Positions 36,271 through 45,240 of a stretch of 64,000 bases of DNA are shown in pieces (position 1 is the first letter of the stretch; every line of letters begins with the position of its first letter). Both the position numbers and the translations under genes were made by a program. The notes under the pieces are model-generated. The model saw only the letters and a list, made by a program, of their open reading frames with translations, ran no database searches and had not been told where the DNA came from. Source of the stretch: Oscillospiraceae bacterium (lineage in GTDB: Bacteria > Bacillota > Clostridia > Oscillospirales > Ruminococcaceae); contig SVMR01000009.1 of assembly GCA_015067315.1 (NCBI GenBank), positions 16,815 through 80,814 on the forward strand, read 5' to 3'.

Positions 36271-38034
36271 TTATTCAAGATTTTTTTCTAGTTTTTCAAG
36301 TTCCGCCATGAGTTCCTTCGGGAGCTTTTCTCCGAATTTTTTATAGAACTCACGGATACCTTCCGCTTCCGTTTTCCAAAGCTCCTTATCAACGGAAAGA
36401 AGGCCGGCAAGAGTTTCCCTGTCAATATCAAGACCTTCGATATTGATATCTTCCGGTTTCGGTTCAAAGCCGATTGCGGTTTCTTCCGCTTCCGCGGTTC
36501 CGTCACAGCGTCCGAGAATCCACATTAGAACTCTCATATTATCGCCGAATCCGGGCCAGATGAATTTTCCTTCGTCATCGGTTCTGAACCAGTTTACGTT
36601 AAAAATCTTCGGCGCTTTGTCGCCGAGTTTTTCGCCCATATCAAGCCAATGCCGGAAATAATCCGCCATATGGTAACCGCAGAAAGGAAGCATTGCCATA
36701 GGGTCCCGGCGGACAACGCCGACCGCGCCGGCGGCTGCTGCGGTTGTTTCGGAAGCCATTGTTGAACCTACGAAAACGCCGTGTTTCCAATCCCGGGACT
36801 GATATACAAGCGGAGCGGTTTTTGCTCTTCTTCCGCCGAAAATCATCGCAGAAATCGGAACGCCTTCCGGATCATCGAATTTCGGGCTTACGCAGGGGCA
36901 GTTTTTCGCCGGAGCGGTGAAGCGGCTGTTGGGATGGGCGGCTTTTTCCGTTGCGGTGGAACCGCTCCAGGGGTTGCCTTTCCAGTCGATTGCGTTTTCC
37001 GGCGGATTTTTATCAAGACCTTCCCACCAGACGGTGTTGTCGTCAAGGTTATGGGCAACGTTGGTGAAAATGGTGTTTTTCATGGTCGCCGCAAGGGCGT
37101 TGGGGTTCGATTTTTTGTTGGTGCCGGGGGCAACTCCGAAGAAACCGTTTTCCGGGTTGACCGCCCAAAGTCTGCCGTCTTTTCCGATTCGGAGCCAGGC
37201 GATATCGTCGCCCACGCACCAGACTTTATAGCCTTTTTCCCTGTAAAGTTCCGGCGGAATAAGCATTGCAAGGTTTGTTTTTCCGCAGGCGGAGGGGAAA
37301 GCGGCGGTTACGTATTTTATTTCGCCTTCCGGGTTTTCAATTCCGAGGATGAGCATATGTTCCGCCATCCAGCCTTCCTTCCAGCCCTGCCAGGAAGCGA
37401 TTCGGAGAGCGAAGCATTTTTTGCCCTGGAGAACGTTTCCGCCGTAGTTGGAGTTGAGGGACCAGATTGCATTGTCCTCCGGGAACTGGACTATATATCT
37501 CTGTTCTTCGTCAACGTCAAGGGAACAATGAAGACCCTTTACAAAATCGGAGGAATCACCGAGCTGATCAAGAGCGGCTTTTCCCATTCTTGTCATGATT
37601 TCCATATTGAGAACAACGTAGATGCTGTCGGTAAGTTCAATGCCGATTTTTGCAAAAGGAGAACCGAGCTGACCCATGGAATATGGAACAACGTACATGG
37701 TTCTATCTTTCATCGCGCCGTCCGCAAGAGGACTCAGACGCGCATACATTTCATCTTTTTCGACCCAGTTGTTTGTGGGGCCGGCCATTTCCTTTTTGGT
37801 GGTGCAGATGAAAGTTCTCGCTTCAACTCTTGCAACGTCGTTGGGTTTTGTTCTGTGAAGAAGACATCCGGGGAGTTTTTCCGGGTTAAGTTCTTCCATA
37901 AGTCCCGTTGCAACAGCTTCCGCTTTAAGAGCTTTCATCTGTTCCTCGTCGCCGCTTATCCAGACTACCTTATCCGGTTTTACAAGCGCTTTCATTTCTT
38001 CGATCCAGTTAAGTACGTAAGAGTTGTTGGTCAT
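36271..38034 (-). CDS. pckA: phosphoenolpyruvate carboxykinase (GTP)
   Basis: Start at MTNNSYVLNWIEEMK with RBS AGGAG. Kinase-1a loop FPSACGKTN. Full-length GTP-type PEPCK. The ORF-track start at 38166 is an extension. Confidence 0.93.
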   Translation of the reverse strand: MTNNSYVLNWIEEMKALVKPDKVVWISGDEEQMKALKAEAVATGLMEELNPEKLPGCLLHRTKPNDVARVEARTFICTTKKEMAGPTNNWVEKDEMYARLSPLADGAMKDRTMYVVPYSMGQLGSPFAKIGIELTDSIYVVLNMEIMTRMGKAALDQLGDSSDFVKGLHCSLDVDEEQRYIVQFPEDNAIWSLNSNYGGNVLQGKKCFALRIASWQGWKEGWMAEHMLILGIENPEGEIKYVTAAFPSACGKTNLAMLIPPELYREKGYKVWCVGDDIAWLRIGKDGRLWAVNPENGFFGVAPGTNKKSNPNALAATMKNTIFTNVAHNLDDNTVWWEGLDKNPPENAIDWKGNPWSGSTATEKAAHPNSRFTAPAKNCPCVSPKFDDPEGVPISAMIFGGRRAKTAPLVYQSRDWKHGVFVGSTMASETTAAAAGAVGVVRRDPMAMLPFCGYHMADYFRHWLDMGEKLGDKAPKIFNVNWFRTDDEGKFIWPGFGDNMRVLMWILGRCDGTAEAEETAIGFEPKPEDINIEGLDIDRETLAGLLSVDKELWKTEAEGIREFYKKFGEKLPKELMAELEKLEKNLE

Positions 38035-38076
38035 TGGCTGACAGCTCCTTTCCGAAAAAGAAATACCGTTTGGTCT

Positions 38077-38104
38077 ATTATACATCAAAAGAAAAATTTT
38101 GCAA
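38077..38104 (-). promoter_or_regulatory. putative sigma-A promoter for pckA
   Basis: On the minus strand: TTGCAA (38099-38104), 16-nt spacer, TATAAT (38077-38082). Confidence 0.45.
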
Positions 38105-38142
38105 GGCTTTATTTTTAAAATTGCAAAAATTTTCCGAATTTT

Positions 38143-38197
38143 ATTTTCAAAAAAGGATATTTGCAATATTTTGAATTTAAAACTGCAAATATCCTTT
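38143..38197 (-). terminator. terminator-like long hairpin after tsaD
   Basis: Perfect 14-bp inverted repeat aaaggatatttgca (38152-38165) / tgcaaatatccttt (38184-38197) with an 18-nt loop. T run on the minus strand. Confidence 0.6.
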
Positions 38198-38210
38198 CAA
38201 AAAACATATT

Positions 38211-39227
38211 TTATTCAAAATCCTCGTCAATGGGCATAGTGGGTCTTGCGTTAAGCGAAAGATCCGCAAAATGTCCCGCAAGGGCTTCGTAATAAGCCTG
38301 GGAACCGATCATTGCCGCATTATCCCCGCAAAGTTCAAGGGGCGGAACAAAAAGTTCAAGATGTCGGCGCTTGCATTCTCTTTCAAGCAGGGCGCGAAGA
38401 CCGCTGTTTGCGGAAACTCCGCCGGCGGCAACGATTGTTTTATATCCGCCTTCCTTCGCCGCAAGCATTGTTCTGTCAACAAGGGCATGGCAGATAACGT
38501 CCTGATAGGAAGCGCAGAGATCGGGAATATTGATTTCTTCGCCGCGCTGCTCCGCGTTATGAAGAATGTTCACAACTGCGGTTTTAAGTCCGGAAAAGCT
38601 CATATCAAGGGGGCAGCCTTCGACTTTCGGCTTTGGAAGATTGAAAGCCTTCGAGTTGCCTTCTTTTGAAACTCTGTCGAGATGAACGCCGCCGGGATAG
38701 GGAAGTCCCATTGCTCTTGCGGCTTTATCAAAAGCTTCTCCCGCGGCATCGTCCCTTGTTTTTCCGAGAATCCGGAATTTTGTATAATCGGAAACCTCGA
38801 CAATATGGCTGTGTCCGCCGGAAACAACAAGGCAAAGGAAGGGCGGTTTAAGTTCCGGATGGGCAAGATAGTTCGCCGCAATATGACCTTTCAGATGATG
38901 CACGGGAATAAGTTTTTTTCCTGTTGCAAGGGAAAGGCCTTTTGCAAAGTTCACTCCCACAAGGAGCGCGCCGATAAGTCCCGGCGCCGCCGTTACCGCA
39001 ATATGATCCACCTCTTCGAGGGTCATATCGGCGTCCGCAAGGGCTTTTTCCGCGACGGCAACGATATTTTCCGTATGTCTGCGGGAGGCTATTTCGGGCA
39101 CTACGCCGCCGTAAAGACCGTGTTCAGCAACCTGGGTGTTTATCACCGAGGAAAGGATTTTTCTTCCGTCCTCGATTATTGCGGCGGCGGTTTCGTCGCA
39201 GGAAGATTCAATTGCTAAAATTCTCAT
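38211..39227 (-). CDS. tsaD: tRNA N6-adenosine threonylcarbamoyltransferase
   Basis: 338 aa. N-terminus MRILAIESSCDETAAAI, SGGHSH motif, C-terminal GDNAAMIG. Confidence 0.95.
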   Translation of the reverse strand: MRILAIESSCDETAAAIIEDGRKILSSVINTQVAEHGLYGGVVPEIASRRHTENIVAVAEKALADADMTLEEVDHIAVTAAPGLIGALLVGVNFAKGLSLATGKKLIPVHHLKGHIAANYLAHPELKPPFLCLVVSGGHSHIVEVSDYTKFRILGKTRDDAAGEAFDKAARAMGLPYPGGVHLDRVSKEGNSKAFNLPKPKVEGCPLDMSFSGLKTAVVNILHNAEQRGEEINIPDLCASYQDVICHALVDRTMLAAKEGGYKTIVAAGGVSANSGLRALLERECKRRHLELFVPPLELCGDNAAMIGSQAYYEALAGHFADLSLNARPTMPIDEDFE

Positions 39228-39264
39228 ATATTCATCGCCTTACAATACATTATATTCTATGATG

Positions 39265-39294
39265 ATTATAACATAAGGCGAAGGTTTTTTACAA
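39265..39294 (-). promoter_or_regulatory. putative sigma-A promoter for tsaD
   Basis: On the minus strand: TTGTAA (39289-39294), 18-nt spacer, TATAAT (39265-39270). Confidence 0.4.
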
Positions 39295-39302
39295 TATTTT
39301 GT

Positions 39303-39470
39303 TTAATTTTCTGTTTTGATGTTTTCAAGAACCGCTTTTACCGAAAGTTCCCCCGCAAAGCGAAAAAGCGTTTCCGCCATTAATTTTTCCGCCGTTGTTC
39401 CCGTTCTTCTCGCGATTTTTTCGTAAAAATCCGATGCTGCCGAATCCATAAAAATCGTATATCTTTTCAA
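39303..39470 (-). CDS. small ribbon-helix-helix (CopG/antitoxin-like) protein, 55 aa, below the ORF-track size cutoff
   Basis: Hand translation gives (TTG)KRYTIFMDSAASDFYEKIARRTGTTAEKLMAETLFRFAGELSVKAVLENIKTEN. RBS AAGGAGAG is 11 nt upstream of the TTG. The strand-helix-helix pattern is typical of RHH proteins. An alternative ATG lies at 39449. Confidence 0.4.
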   Translation of the reverse strand: MKRYTIFMDSAASDFYEKIARRTGTTAEKLMAETLFRFAGELSVKAVLENIKTEN

Positions 39471-39544
39471 AAAATACTGCTCTCCTTTTTCCGTTTTTAA
39501 ATTAGTTTTTGAATTTTTTTCGGAAATATTAATTTTTTAAAAAG

Positions 39545-39876
39545 GCCCCCTTGCCTAAAGGGGGCTGGATTTTTTAACCGCTTGCGGTTAAAAAAGACTG
39601 GGGGATTCTGTATGGATTACCGGCTGTTTTAAATTGGACGGGGTTGACACCTCATCCGTCACGCCCTCCGGGTTCCTTTTTTGCGGGCGACCACATAGGG
39701 TCGCCCCTACTGCATTTAAATGAATCCCCCCGCCACTTCGTGGCCCTCCCAACTCTTGCGGTACCCAAAATATTCTGCGGCATACGCCTTGAATATTTTG
39801 ACCGCGGCGCCAAACCCTGCTCGCTTCATCGTCCACAGGACGCGCTTCACAGGCTTTGCTCTTTAGGCAAGGGGGG
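39545..39876 (+). repeat. hairpin-repeat family, long foldback form (R9)
   Basis: Same module order as 35803-36206. Terminal 15-nt inverted repeat cccccttgcctaaag. The right arm 39750-39876 is nearly identical to 36077-36206. Confidence 0.88.
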
Positions 39877-39904
39877 CTTTCCTGCAACATTTTGCATTCT
39901 GCAT

Positions 39905-39936
39905 TAAAAAAAGCACCCCGAAGGGTGCTTTTTTAA
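39905..39936. terminator. bidirectional terminator (serves htrA)
   Basis: Hairpin aaaagcaccc-cgaa-gggtgctttt. Confidence 0.85.
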
Positions 39937-39944
39937 AATTTATC

Positions 39945-41501
39945 TTATCCTCTGTTTTCGGCAAGTTTTACGGTTACGGTAAAGGTTTTATCATTCATTC
40001 CGGTTGCGGAATAGCGATAGAGAACAATTTCCACTTCCTCGCCGGGGGAGCTTTTTGCAAGCAAACCCTGGAGATCTTCCATTCCGGTAATTTCCTCGCC
40101 CTTGAATCCGATTATGATATCGCCGACTTTTGCTTCGGTTCCGTAAAGACAGCCGTCCGGTTCAATAGTGATGATCTGTACGCCCTCCGGAACATTGTAA
40201 TATCTGGAAGTTACTGAATCAACAGTCGTTCCGGTGATTCCGAGTTTTGCTCTTCCGGAAACATAGCCTTTTGTGATGATTTCTTCAATAATGGGTTTTG
40301 CGGTCTGGGTGGGAATTGCAAATCCGATTCCTTCGTAATCGGTGGAAATGATTTTTGCGCTTGTGATTCCGATTACCTGACCGTATTCGTTGATAAGCGC
40401 GCCGCCGGAGTTGCCCGGGTTGATTGCGGCGCTTGTCTGGAGAACGGTCATTGAATAGATGCTGTCATCGGTTGTGATAACGCGGTTGAGTCCGCTTATC
40501 ATTCCGTCGGTGAAGCTGGACTGAAGGCTGAGACCGCCGGGGTTTCCGAGAGCATAGACCGTTTCGCCGATTTCAACCTGGGAAGAATCGCCGAGTTCCG
40601 CTTCAACAAGGTTTTTTGCATCAATTTTAAGAACGGCGATATCGGTCTGGCTGTCCGCGCCGATAATAACCGCTTCGTATTCCTCTTCATTATAAAGAAC
40701 GACCTTAACGGTTTCCGCTCCCTCAATAACGTGGGCGTTTGTTACGATATATCCGTCGTCGCTGAGGATGATTCCGGAACCGGAACCCGCGGGTTCAAAG
40801 GAATAGCTGTATTGGTACTGAACGATTCCCACAACGGAAGGACTTGTCATTTTATAAACTTCGGTTGCGGAAAGTTTTCCGTCGGTGGAAACGGTGTTTT
40901 CCTTCGGAATATCCTGAAGATCTATTTCCGGAGTATCTTCCGGAGGAATATCGTTTTCTTCACCGATAATAGGATAGGAATGTTCGTATTCGCCCGGGTT
41001 GTTCGTTCTGTTTTCGCCGGAAAGGAAGCGGTAAATCTCAATGGAAGAAATTGAAATCACGCAAACTCCGATAAGGGCGGCGATTATTCCGAGGAATACC
41101 TTGAATCCTTTTCCGGAAGATTTTTTCGGTTTCTGTGCGGAAGAATTTTCCGCGCTTTCATATTTGTTGAAATCCCACTGATAGTTTCCGTTATTGCTGT
41201 AATAATTGGTCTGCTGGGGTCCGCCGTAATAACCGTATTGGGTTCCGTATTCCCTTTTCGGCGGCTGCTGTTCCGCTCTCTGGAAGTTCGGATTCCATTG
41301 GGCGTTGTTCACATCGGAACTTCCGTCCCAGGAAACGTATTGATTGGTGTTTGCGGAATAGGTCCAGCCGGAAGGAGCGTTCGTATTTCTTGCGGAAGCG
41401 TCTTCCGTTTTCGGGGCTTCTTCGGTTACCGGTTCTTCCCTTGCTTCATCAATGGGGTTTTCGTTTTTTTCGTTCATTTCGTTTCTTTCAAATTCATCCA
41501 T
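39945..41501 (-). CDS. htrA: HtrA/DegP family serine protease with PDZ domain
   Basis: 518 aa. Catalytic triad contexts TNAHV, DIAVLK, GNSGGAL. C-terminal PDZ domain. About 130-aa N/Q/Y-rich N-terminal region followed by one TM helix. Confidence 0.9.
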   Translation of the reverse strand: MDEFERNEMNEKNENPIDEAREEPVTEEAPKTEDASARNTNAPSGWTYSANTNQYVSWDGSSDVNNAQWNPNFQRAEQQPPKREYGTQYGYYGGPQQTNYYSNNGNYQWDFNKYESAENSSAQKPKKSSGKGFKVFLGIIAALIGVCVISISSIEIYRFLSGENRTNNPGEYEHSYPIIGEENDIPPEDTPEIDLQDIPKENTVSTDGKLSATEVYKMTSPSVVGIVQYQYSYSFEPAGSGSGIILSDDGYIVTNAHVIEGAETVKVVLYNEEEYEAVIIGADSQTDIAVLKIDAKNLVEAELGDSSQVEIGETVYALGNPGGLSLQSSFTDGMISGLNRVITTDDSIYSMTVLQTSAAINPGNSGGALINEYGQVIGITSAKIISTDYEGIGFAIPTQTAKPIIEEIITKGYVSGRAKLGITGTTVDSVTSRYYNVPEGVQIITIEPDGCLYGTEAKVGDIIIGFKGEEITGMEDLQGLLAKSSPGEEVEIVLYRYSATGMNDKTFTVTVKLAENRG

Positions 41502-41625
41502 ATTGAAAAATACCTCTCTTGGGGGTCAAAAATTTCTTACGTATATTATATCCTTAAATTGTTAAATAAAAATAAACAACAGCTGAATTTTTTGAGTTTT
41601 TTTGCCGCTGAAGCTTAAAATTCTT

Positions 41626-43113
41626 TCAGCTTTCTTCCGGAATTCTCCGTTTGTTCTTTTCTTTTACAATTTTCGGCGCGGATTCGGGAACGGAGAAGGT
41701 GAATTCGGTATATTCCCCTTCGACGCTTTTTACAAGAAGGTCGCCTTTATGCTGGTTGACTATTGTCTGGACAATATAAAGTCCAAGACCGACCCCGGTT
41801 TTATCAAGGCTTCTTGATTTATCGGTTTTATAGAACCTGTCGAAAAGCCTCGGAAGTTCCTGCTGGGCAATTCCCGCTCCGGTGTTCTTTACGGAAACAA
41901 AAACCTTTCCGTCCTTCTGCGCATAGGAAAAGGATATGCATCCGCCTTCGTTTACGAACTTTACCGCGTTGTCAATAAGGTTATAAACAACCTGGTGGAT
42001 AAGGTCGTTGTCCGCGTTTACAAAAACTTCGTCGGATTCAAGCCCCATTATTTCAAGTTTCTTTTCTTCGATTTTTTGTTCGAAGGCAAAAACCGTCCTG
42101 CATACAAGTTCGTTTATATCAAAATCTTCCGGATTCAGCTTCATATCCCCGGCTTCGATCCTCGCGATGCTGAGCATTGATTTTACAAGGCGGGAAAGGC
42201 GCTTTACCTCTTCGGAAACAATAAGCAGATATTGCTTCCGCTTTTCTTCCGGAACGGTTCCGTCAAGAATTCCGTCAATAAATCCGCCAATCGTCATCAT
42301 CGGGGTTTTCAGTTCATGGGAAACGTTTGCAATAAAGCTTCGCCTTACGGATTCAAGATCCGCCATGGAATCCGCCATGTGGTTGAAGGAACGGGCAAGC
42401 TGGGCAATTTCGTCCTCTCCTTCCGCCGGAACACGAACGGTGAAATCCCCGGTGGAAAAGCTTTTTGCCGCGGCGGCCATTCCGCGAAGAGGTCTTGTCA
42501 TGCTGTTCGTTACAAAATAAATCGCAACGGAAGAAACGGCTGTTGCAATAAGCGCGCAGAAGAAGATTATATCCATAAGGTCCATTATGAAGAACCAGAC
42601 GTCCGTTGCTTCCGTTGATGCAAAAAGCACCGCAACGGTTTCTTCCCCGTGCATAATCGGAATTCCCACAGTGTAATGGGAACTTTCGTAAATTCCGTCA
42701 AGGGTTCCCGTTCCGTCATATTTTCCGGAAAGAGTCGCTTCCATAACGTCTTCGGGAATGCTGTATGTTCTGTGGTTGCAGTTTTCCCCTTCCGAACAGA
42801 TAAGGGTTTTTCCATCAAGGTTTACAAGAAAAACAATGGTTTCCGTTGTTGAGGAAATAATTCTGTAACCGTTTTGCACCGTTGAAACCGGAACTTTCTG
42901 GAACCCGTATTCCTCCATTCCGGCAACTGTTATGCTTGCGGCCTGCTCCGCGTTTTTCAAAAGGGTTTCCCTTGCGGATTCGCTGAAATATCTTGCGGAA
43001 AATCCGATTACAAGCCCGCCCATAAGGGTTATTGTCGCAAGAATTACAATCGAGCAGATTGCAAAATACCGGTTGAACAGCGATTTTTTAAGGCTCTGTT
43101 TGATCTTCGACAT
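41626..43113 (-). CDS. sensor histidine kinase (two TM helices, HAMP, HisKA, HATPase_c)
   Basis: 495 aa. H-box FIANVSHELKTPMMTI, N-box NLIDNAVKF, G-boxes KNTGAGI and GVGLGL. Confidence 0.9.
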   Translation of the reverse strand: MSKIKQSLKKSLFNRYFAICSIVILATITLMGGLVIGFSARYFSESARETLLKNAEQAASITVAGMEEYGFQKVPVSTVQNGYRIISSTTETIVFLVNLDGKTLICSEGENCNHRTYSIPEDVMEATLSGKYDGTGTLDGIYESSHYTVGIPIMHGEETVAVLFASTEATDVWFFIMDLMDIIFFCALIATAVSSVAIYFVTNSMTRPLRGMAAAAKSFSTGDFTVRVPAEGEDEIAQLARSFNHMADSMADLESVRRSFIANVSHELKTPMMTIGGFIDGILDGTVPEEKRKQYLLIVSEEVKRLSRLVKSMLSIARIEAGDMKLNPEDFDINELVCRTVFAFEQKIEEKKLEIMGLESDEVFVNADNDLIHQVVYNLIDNAVKFVNEGGCISFSYAQKDGKVFVSVKNTGAGIAQQELPRLFDRFYKTDKSRSLDKTGVGLGLYIVQTIVNQHKGDLLVKSVEGEYTEFTFSVPESAPKIVKEKNKRRIPEES

Positions 43114-43115
43114 AA

Positions 43116-43811
43116 TTATTCGTCTTTCGTTTCAAATTTATATCCGACGCCCCAGACTGTTTTAAGGCTCCATTTTTCGGAAACGCCTTCGAGTTTTTCG
43201 CGGAGGCGTTTTATATGGACGTCAACGGTTCTCGAATCGCCGTAATATTCAAATCCCCATACTTCGTCAAGAAGCTGGTCGCGGGTATAAACTCTGTTGG
43301 GGTTGGAAGCAAGATGGAAAAGAAGTTCAAGTTCCTTCGGAGGAGTATCGACAACTTTTCCGTCAACCTTGAGTTCATATTTTGTCATGTTTACGGTGAG
43401 TTTATCGAAGCTTACTTCTTTTTTATCGTTTTCGGCGTTTGTTTTTCCGGTTCTTCTGAGAACGGCCTTTACCCTTGCAACAATTTCCTTCGGTTCAAAA
43501 GGCTTTACAACGTAATCGTCCGCGCCGAGTTCAAGACCGAGAACCTTATCGAAGGTTTCGCCTTTTGCGGTGATCATGATTATCGGAACTTCGGATTTCT
43601 TGCGGAGTTCGCGGCAAACCTGCCAACCGTCAAGCCGGGGCATCATTACATCAAGAAGAAGGATATCCGGTTCTTCCTCGTCGAATTTTGAAAGAGCTTC
43701 CTCGCCGTTTCCCGCAAGAACAACGCTGCAGCCTTCCTTTTCAAGATAAATTTTCAAAAGTTCGCAGATGTTTCTGTCGTCATCCGCAATAAGTATTTTT
43801 GCGTTTGTCAT
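43116..43811 (-). CDS. OmpR family response regulator
   Basis: 231 aa. Receiver domain (ILIADDD, LLLDVMMP, ITAKG). Winged-helix C-terminus (VWGFEYYGDSRTVDVHIKRLREKL). Confidence 0.92.
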   Translation of the reverse strand: MTNAKILIADDDRNICELLKIYLEKEGCSVVLAGNGEEALSKFDEEEPDILLLDVMMPRLDGWQVCRELRKKSEVPIIMITAKGETFDKVLGLELGADDYVVKPFEPKEIVARVKAVLRRTGKTNAENDKKEVSFDKLTVNMTKYELKVDGKVVDTPPKELELLFHLASNPNRVYTRDQLLDEVWGFEYYGDSRTVDVHIKRLREKLEGVSEKWSLKTVWGVGYKFETKDE

Positions 43812-43877
43812 TTATTTTGTCCCCCTCTTTATCACAGGATTCGTATGCAGTAAAAATATAACGCCGCTTTGCGGCTA

Positions 43878-43932
43878 CATCTCATCCGTCATTTCCTTAC
43901 GGAAACGACACCTTCCCCTCAAGGGGAAGGCT
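43878..43932 (+). repeat. hairpin-repeat family, solo B module (R10)
   Basis: catCTCATCCGTCatttcc-ttac-ggaaacgaCACCttcccct-caa-ggggaaggct. Confidence 0.8.
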
Positions 43933-44011
43933 ATTATATATATTATAGCGCATTTTTCGGCGGAATAGTTAACACATCTTGAACATTTTTCGGATTTTTT
44001 CATAATTTCTC

Positions 44012-44039
44012 TTGTTAATTCCGCAAATTGCTGTATAAT
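44012..44039 (+). promoter_or_regulatory. putative sigma-A promoter for ychF
   Basis: TTGTTA (44012-44017), 16-nt spacer, TATAAT (44034-44039). Confidence 0.45.
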
Positions 44040-44108
44040 GTATGATGTTATATTATCGAAAATTGTTTTCGATAGACCAAAATCTAAATGAAAAGGACGT
44101 TTTAAGTT

Positions 44109-45203
44109 ATGAAACTCGGAATGATAGGACTTCCTAACGTAGGAAAATCCACCCTTTTTAACGCAATCACAAATGCAGGCGCCCAGGCGGCAAACTATCC
44201 TTTCTGCACCATTGAACCCAACGTCGGAATTGTTGCCGTTCCGGAACCCCGCCTTGATAAACTTGCGGAAATTTACCAGCCGGAAAAATACACCCCCGCA
44301 ACCGTTGAATTCGTCGATATCGCCGGTCTTGTAAAAGGCGCGGCAAAAGGCGAAGGTCTTGGCAACAAATTCCTTGCAAACATCCGCGAAGTTGACGCTC
44401 TCATCCACGTTGTACGCTGCTTCAATGACGACAACGTAATCCACGTTGACGGCAGCGTTAACGCAGGCCGCGACATCGAAGTTATCAACCTTGAACTCAT
44501 CTTCTCCGATATCGAAATCCTCGACAGAAGAATCGCAAGAGTTGAAAAGGATATGAAAGGCGACCGCAGTCTTGCGGATGAACTTGCGCTCCTCAAACAG
44601 CTTAAAGCGCATCTTGAGGAAGGAAAATCCGCCCGCGCATTTTCCTGCGACGAAGACGAAAAGGAAATCATCAACGTCCTCCCCCTTCTTTCCAACAAAC
44701 CCATCATCTATGCCGCAAACATGAGCGAAGACGATTTTGTTGAAGGCGTTGAAAACAACGAAAACTACAAAGCCGTTGAGGAAATCGCAAAATCCGAAAA
44801 CTCCGCTGTAATGCCCGTTTGCGCAAGATTCGAAGAAGAAATTTCCGATATGGAACCGGACGAAAAGAAGGAATTCCTTGCGGAAATCAATCTTGAGGAA
44901 TCCGGTCTTGACAGAATGATCAAAGCAAGCTATGACCTTCTCGGTCTTATGAGCTATCTTACCGCAGGAAAAAAAGAAGTCCGCGCATGGACCATCAAAA
45001 AAGGCACCAAAGCTCCCAAAGCCGCCGGCGCAATCCATTCCGACTTTGAAAAAGGCTTTATCCGTGCCGAAATCGTTAAATATGACGATCTTATCGCTCT
45101 CGGTTCCTGGAACGCCGCAAAGGAAAAAGGTCTTATGAAGAGCGAAGGAAAAGAATATGTTATGCAGGACGGCGATATCGTCGAATTCCTCTTTAACGTA
45201 TAA
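44109..45203 (+). CDS. ychF: redox-regulated ATPase YchF
   Basis: 364 aa. G1 motif [16 protein letters not shown]-terminal TGS-like domain ([15 protein letters not shown]). Confidence 0.95.
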   Translation: MKLGMIGLPNVGKSTLFNAITNAGAQAANYPFCTIEPNVGIVAVPEPRLDKLAEIYQPEKYTPATVEFVDIAGLVKGAAKGEGLGNKFLANIREVDALIHVVRCFNDDNVIHVDGSVNAGRDIEVINLELIFSDIEILDRRIARVEKDMKGDRSLADELALLKQLKAHLEEGKSARAFSCDEDEKEIINVLPLLSNKPIIYAANMSEDDFVEGVENNENYKAVEEIAKSENSAVMPVCARFEEEISDMEPDEKKEFLAEINLEESGLDRMIKASYDLLGLMSYLTAGKKEVRAWTIKKGTKAPKAAGAIHSDFEKGFIRAEIVKYDDLIALGSWNAAKEKGLMKSEGKEYVMQDGDIVEFLFNV

Positions 45204-45240
45204 AAAATCCAATACTGCAACTTAAGGAGGCGCAGATACC

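Noticed and set aside
36083-36346. 87-aa ORF inside long repeat R8 (also 39588-39890 and 39644-39907 inside R9, and 10559-11008 across R2)
   Set aside because: These ORFs lie in palindromic repeat DNA, are open on both strands and lack an RBS. Their peptide similarity simply mirrors the nucleotide repeat. They are treated as non-coding.
39303-39470. Type II toxin-antitoxin module based on the RHH ORF
   Set aside because: No toxin-sized ORF is adjacent or overlapping on either side; the neighbours are tsaD and a repeat. Only an orphan RHH regulator is proposed.
35803-39876. Composite transposon made of the two long repeats carrying pckA and tsaD
   Set aside because: There is no transposase. 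The cargo is core (tsaD is normally essential) and each gene has its own native-looking promoter and terminator. Kept only as a recombination-substrate hypothesis in the findings.
41601-41630. Hairpin gctgaa...ttcagc at the end of the histidine kinase gene as a terminator before htrA
   Set aside because: The stem is only 6 bp, overlaps the stop codon and has no T run in the direction of transcription. It is not convincing as a terminator.
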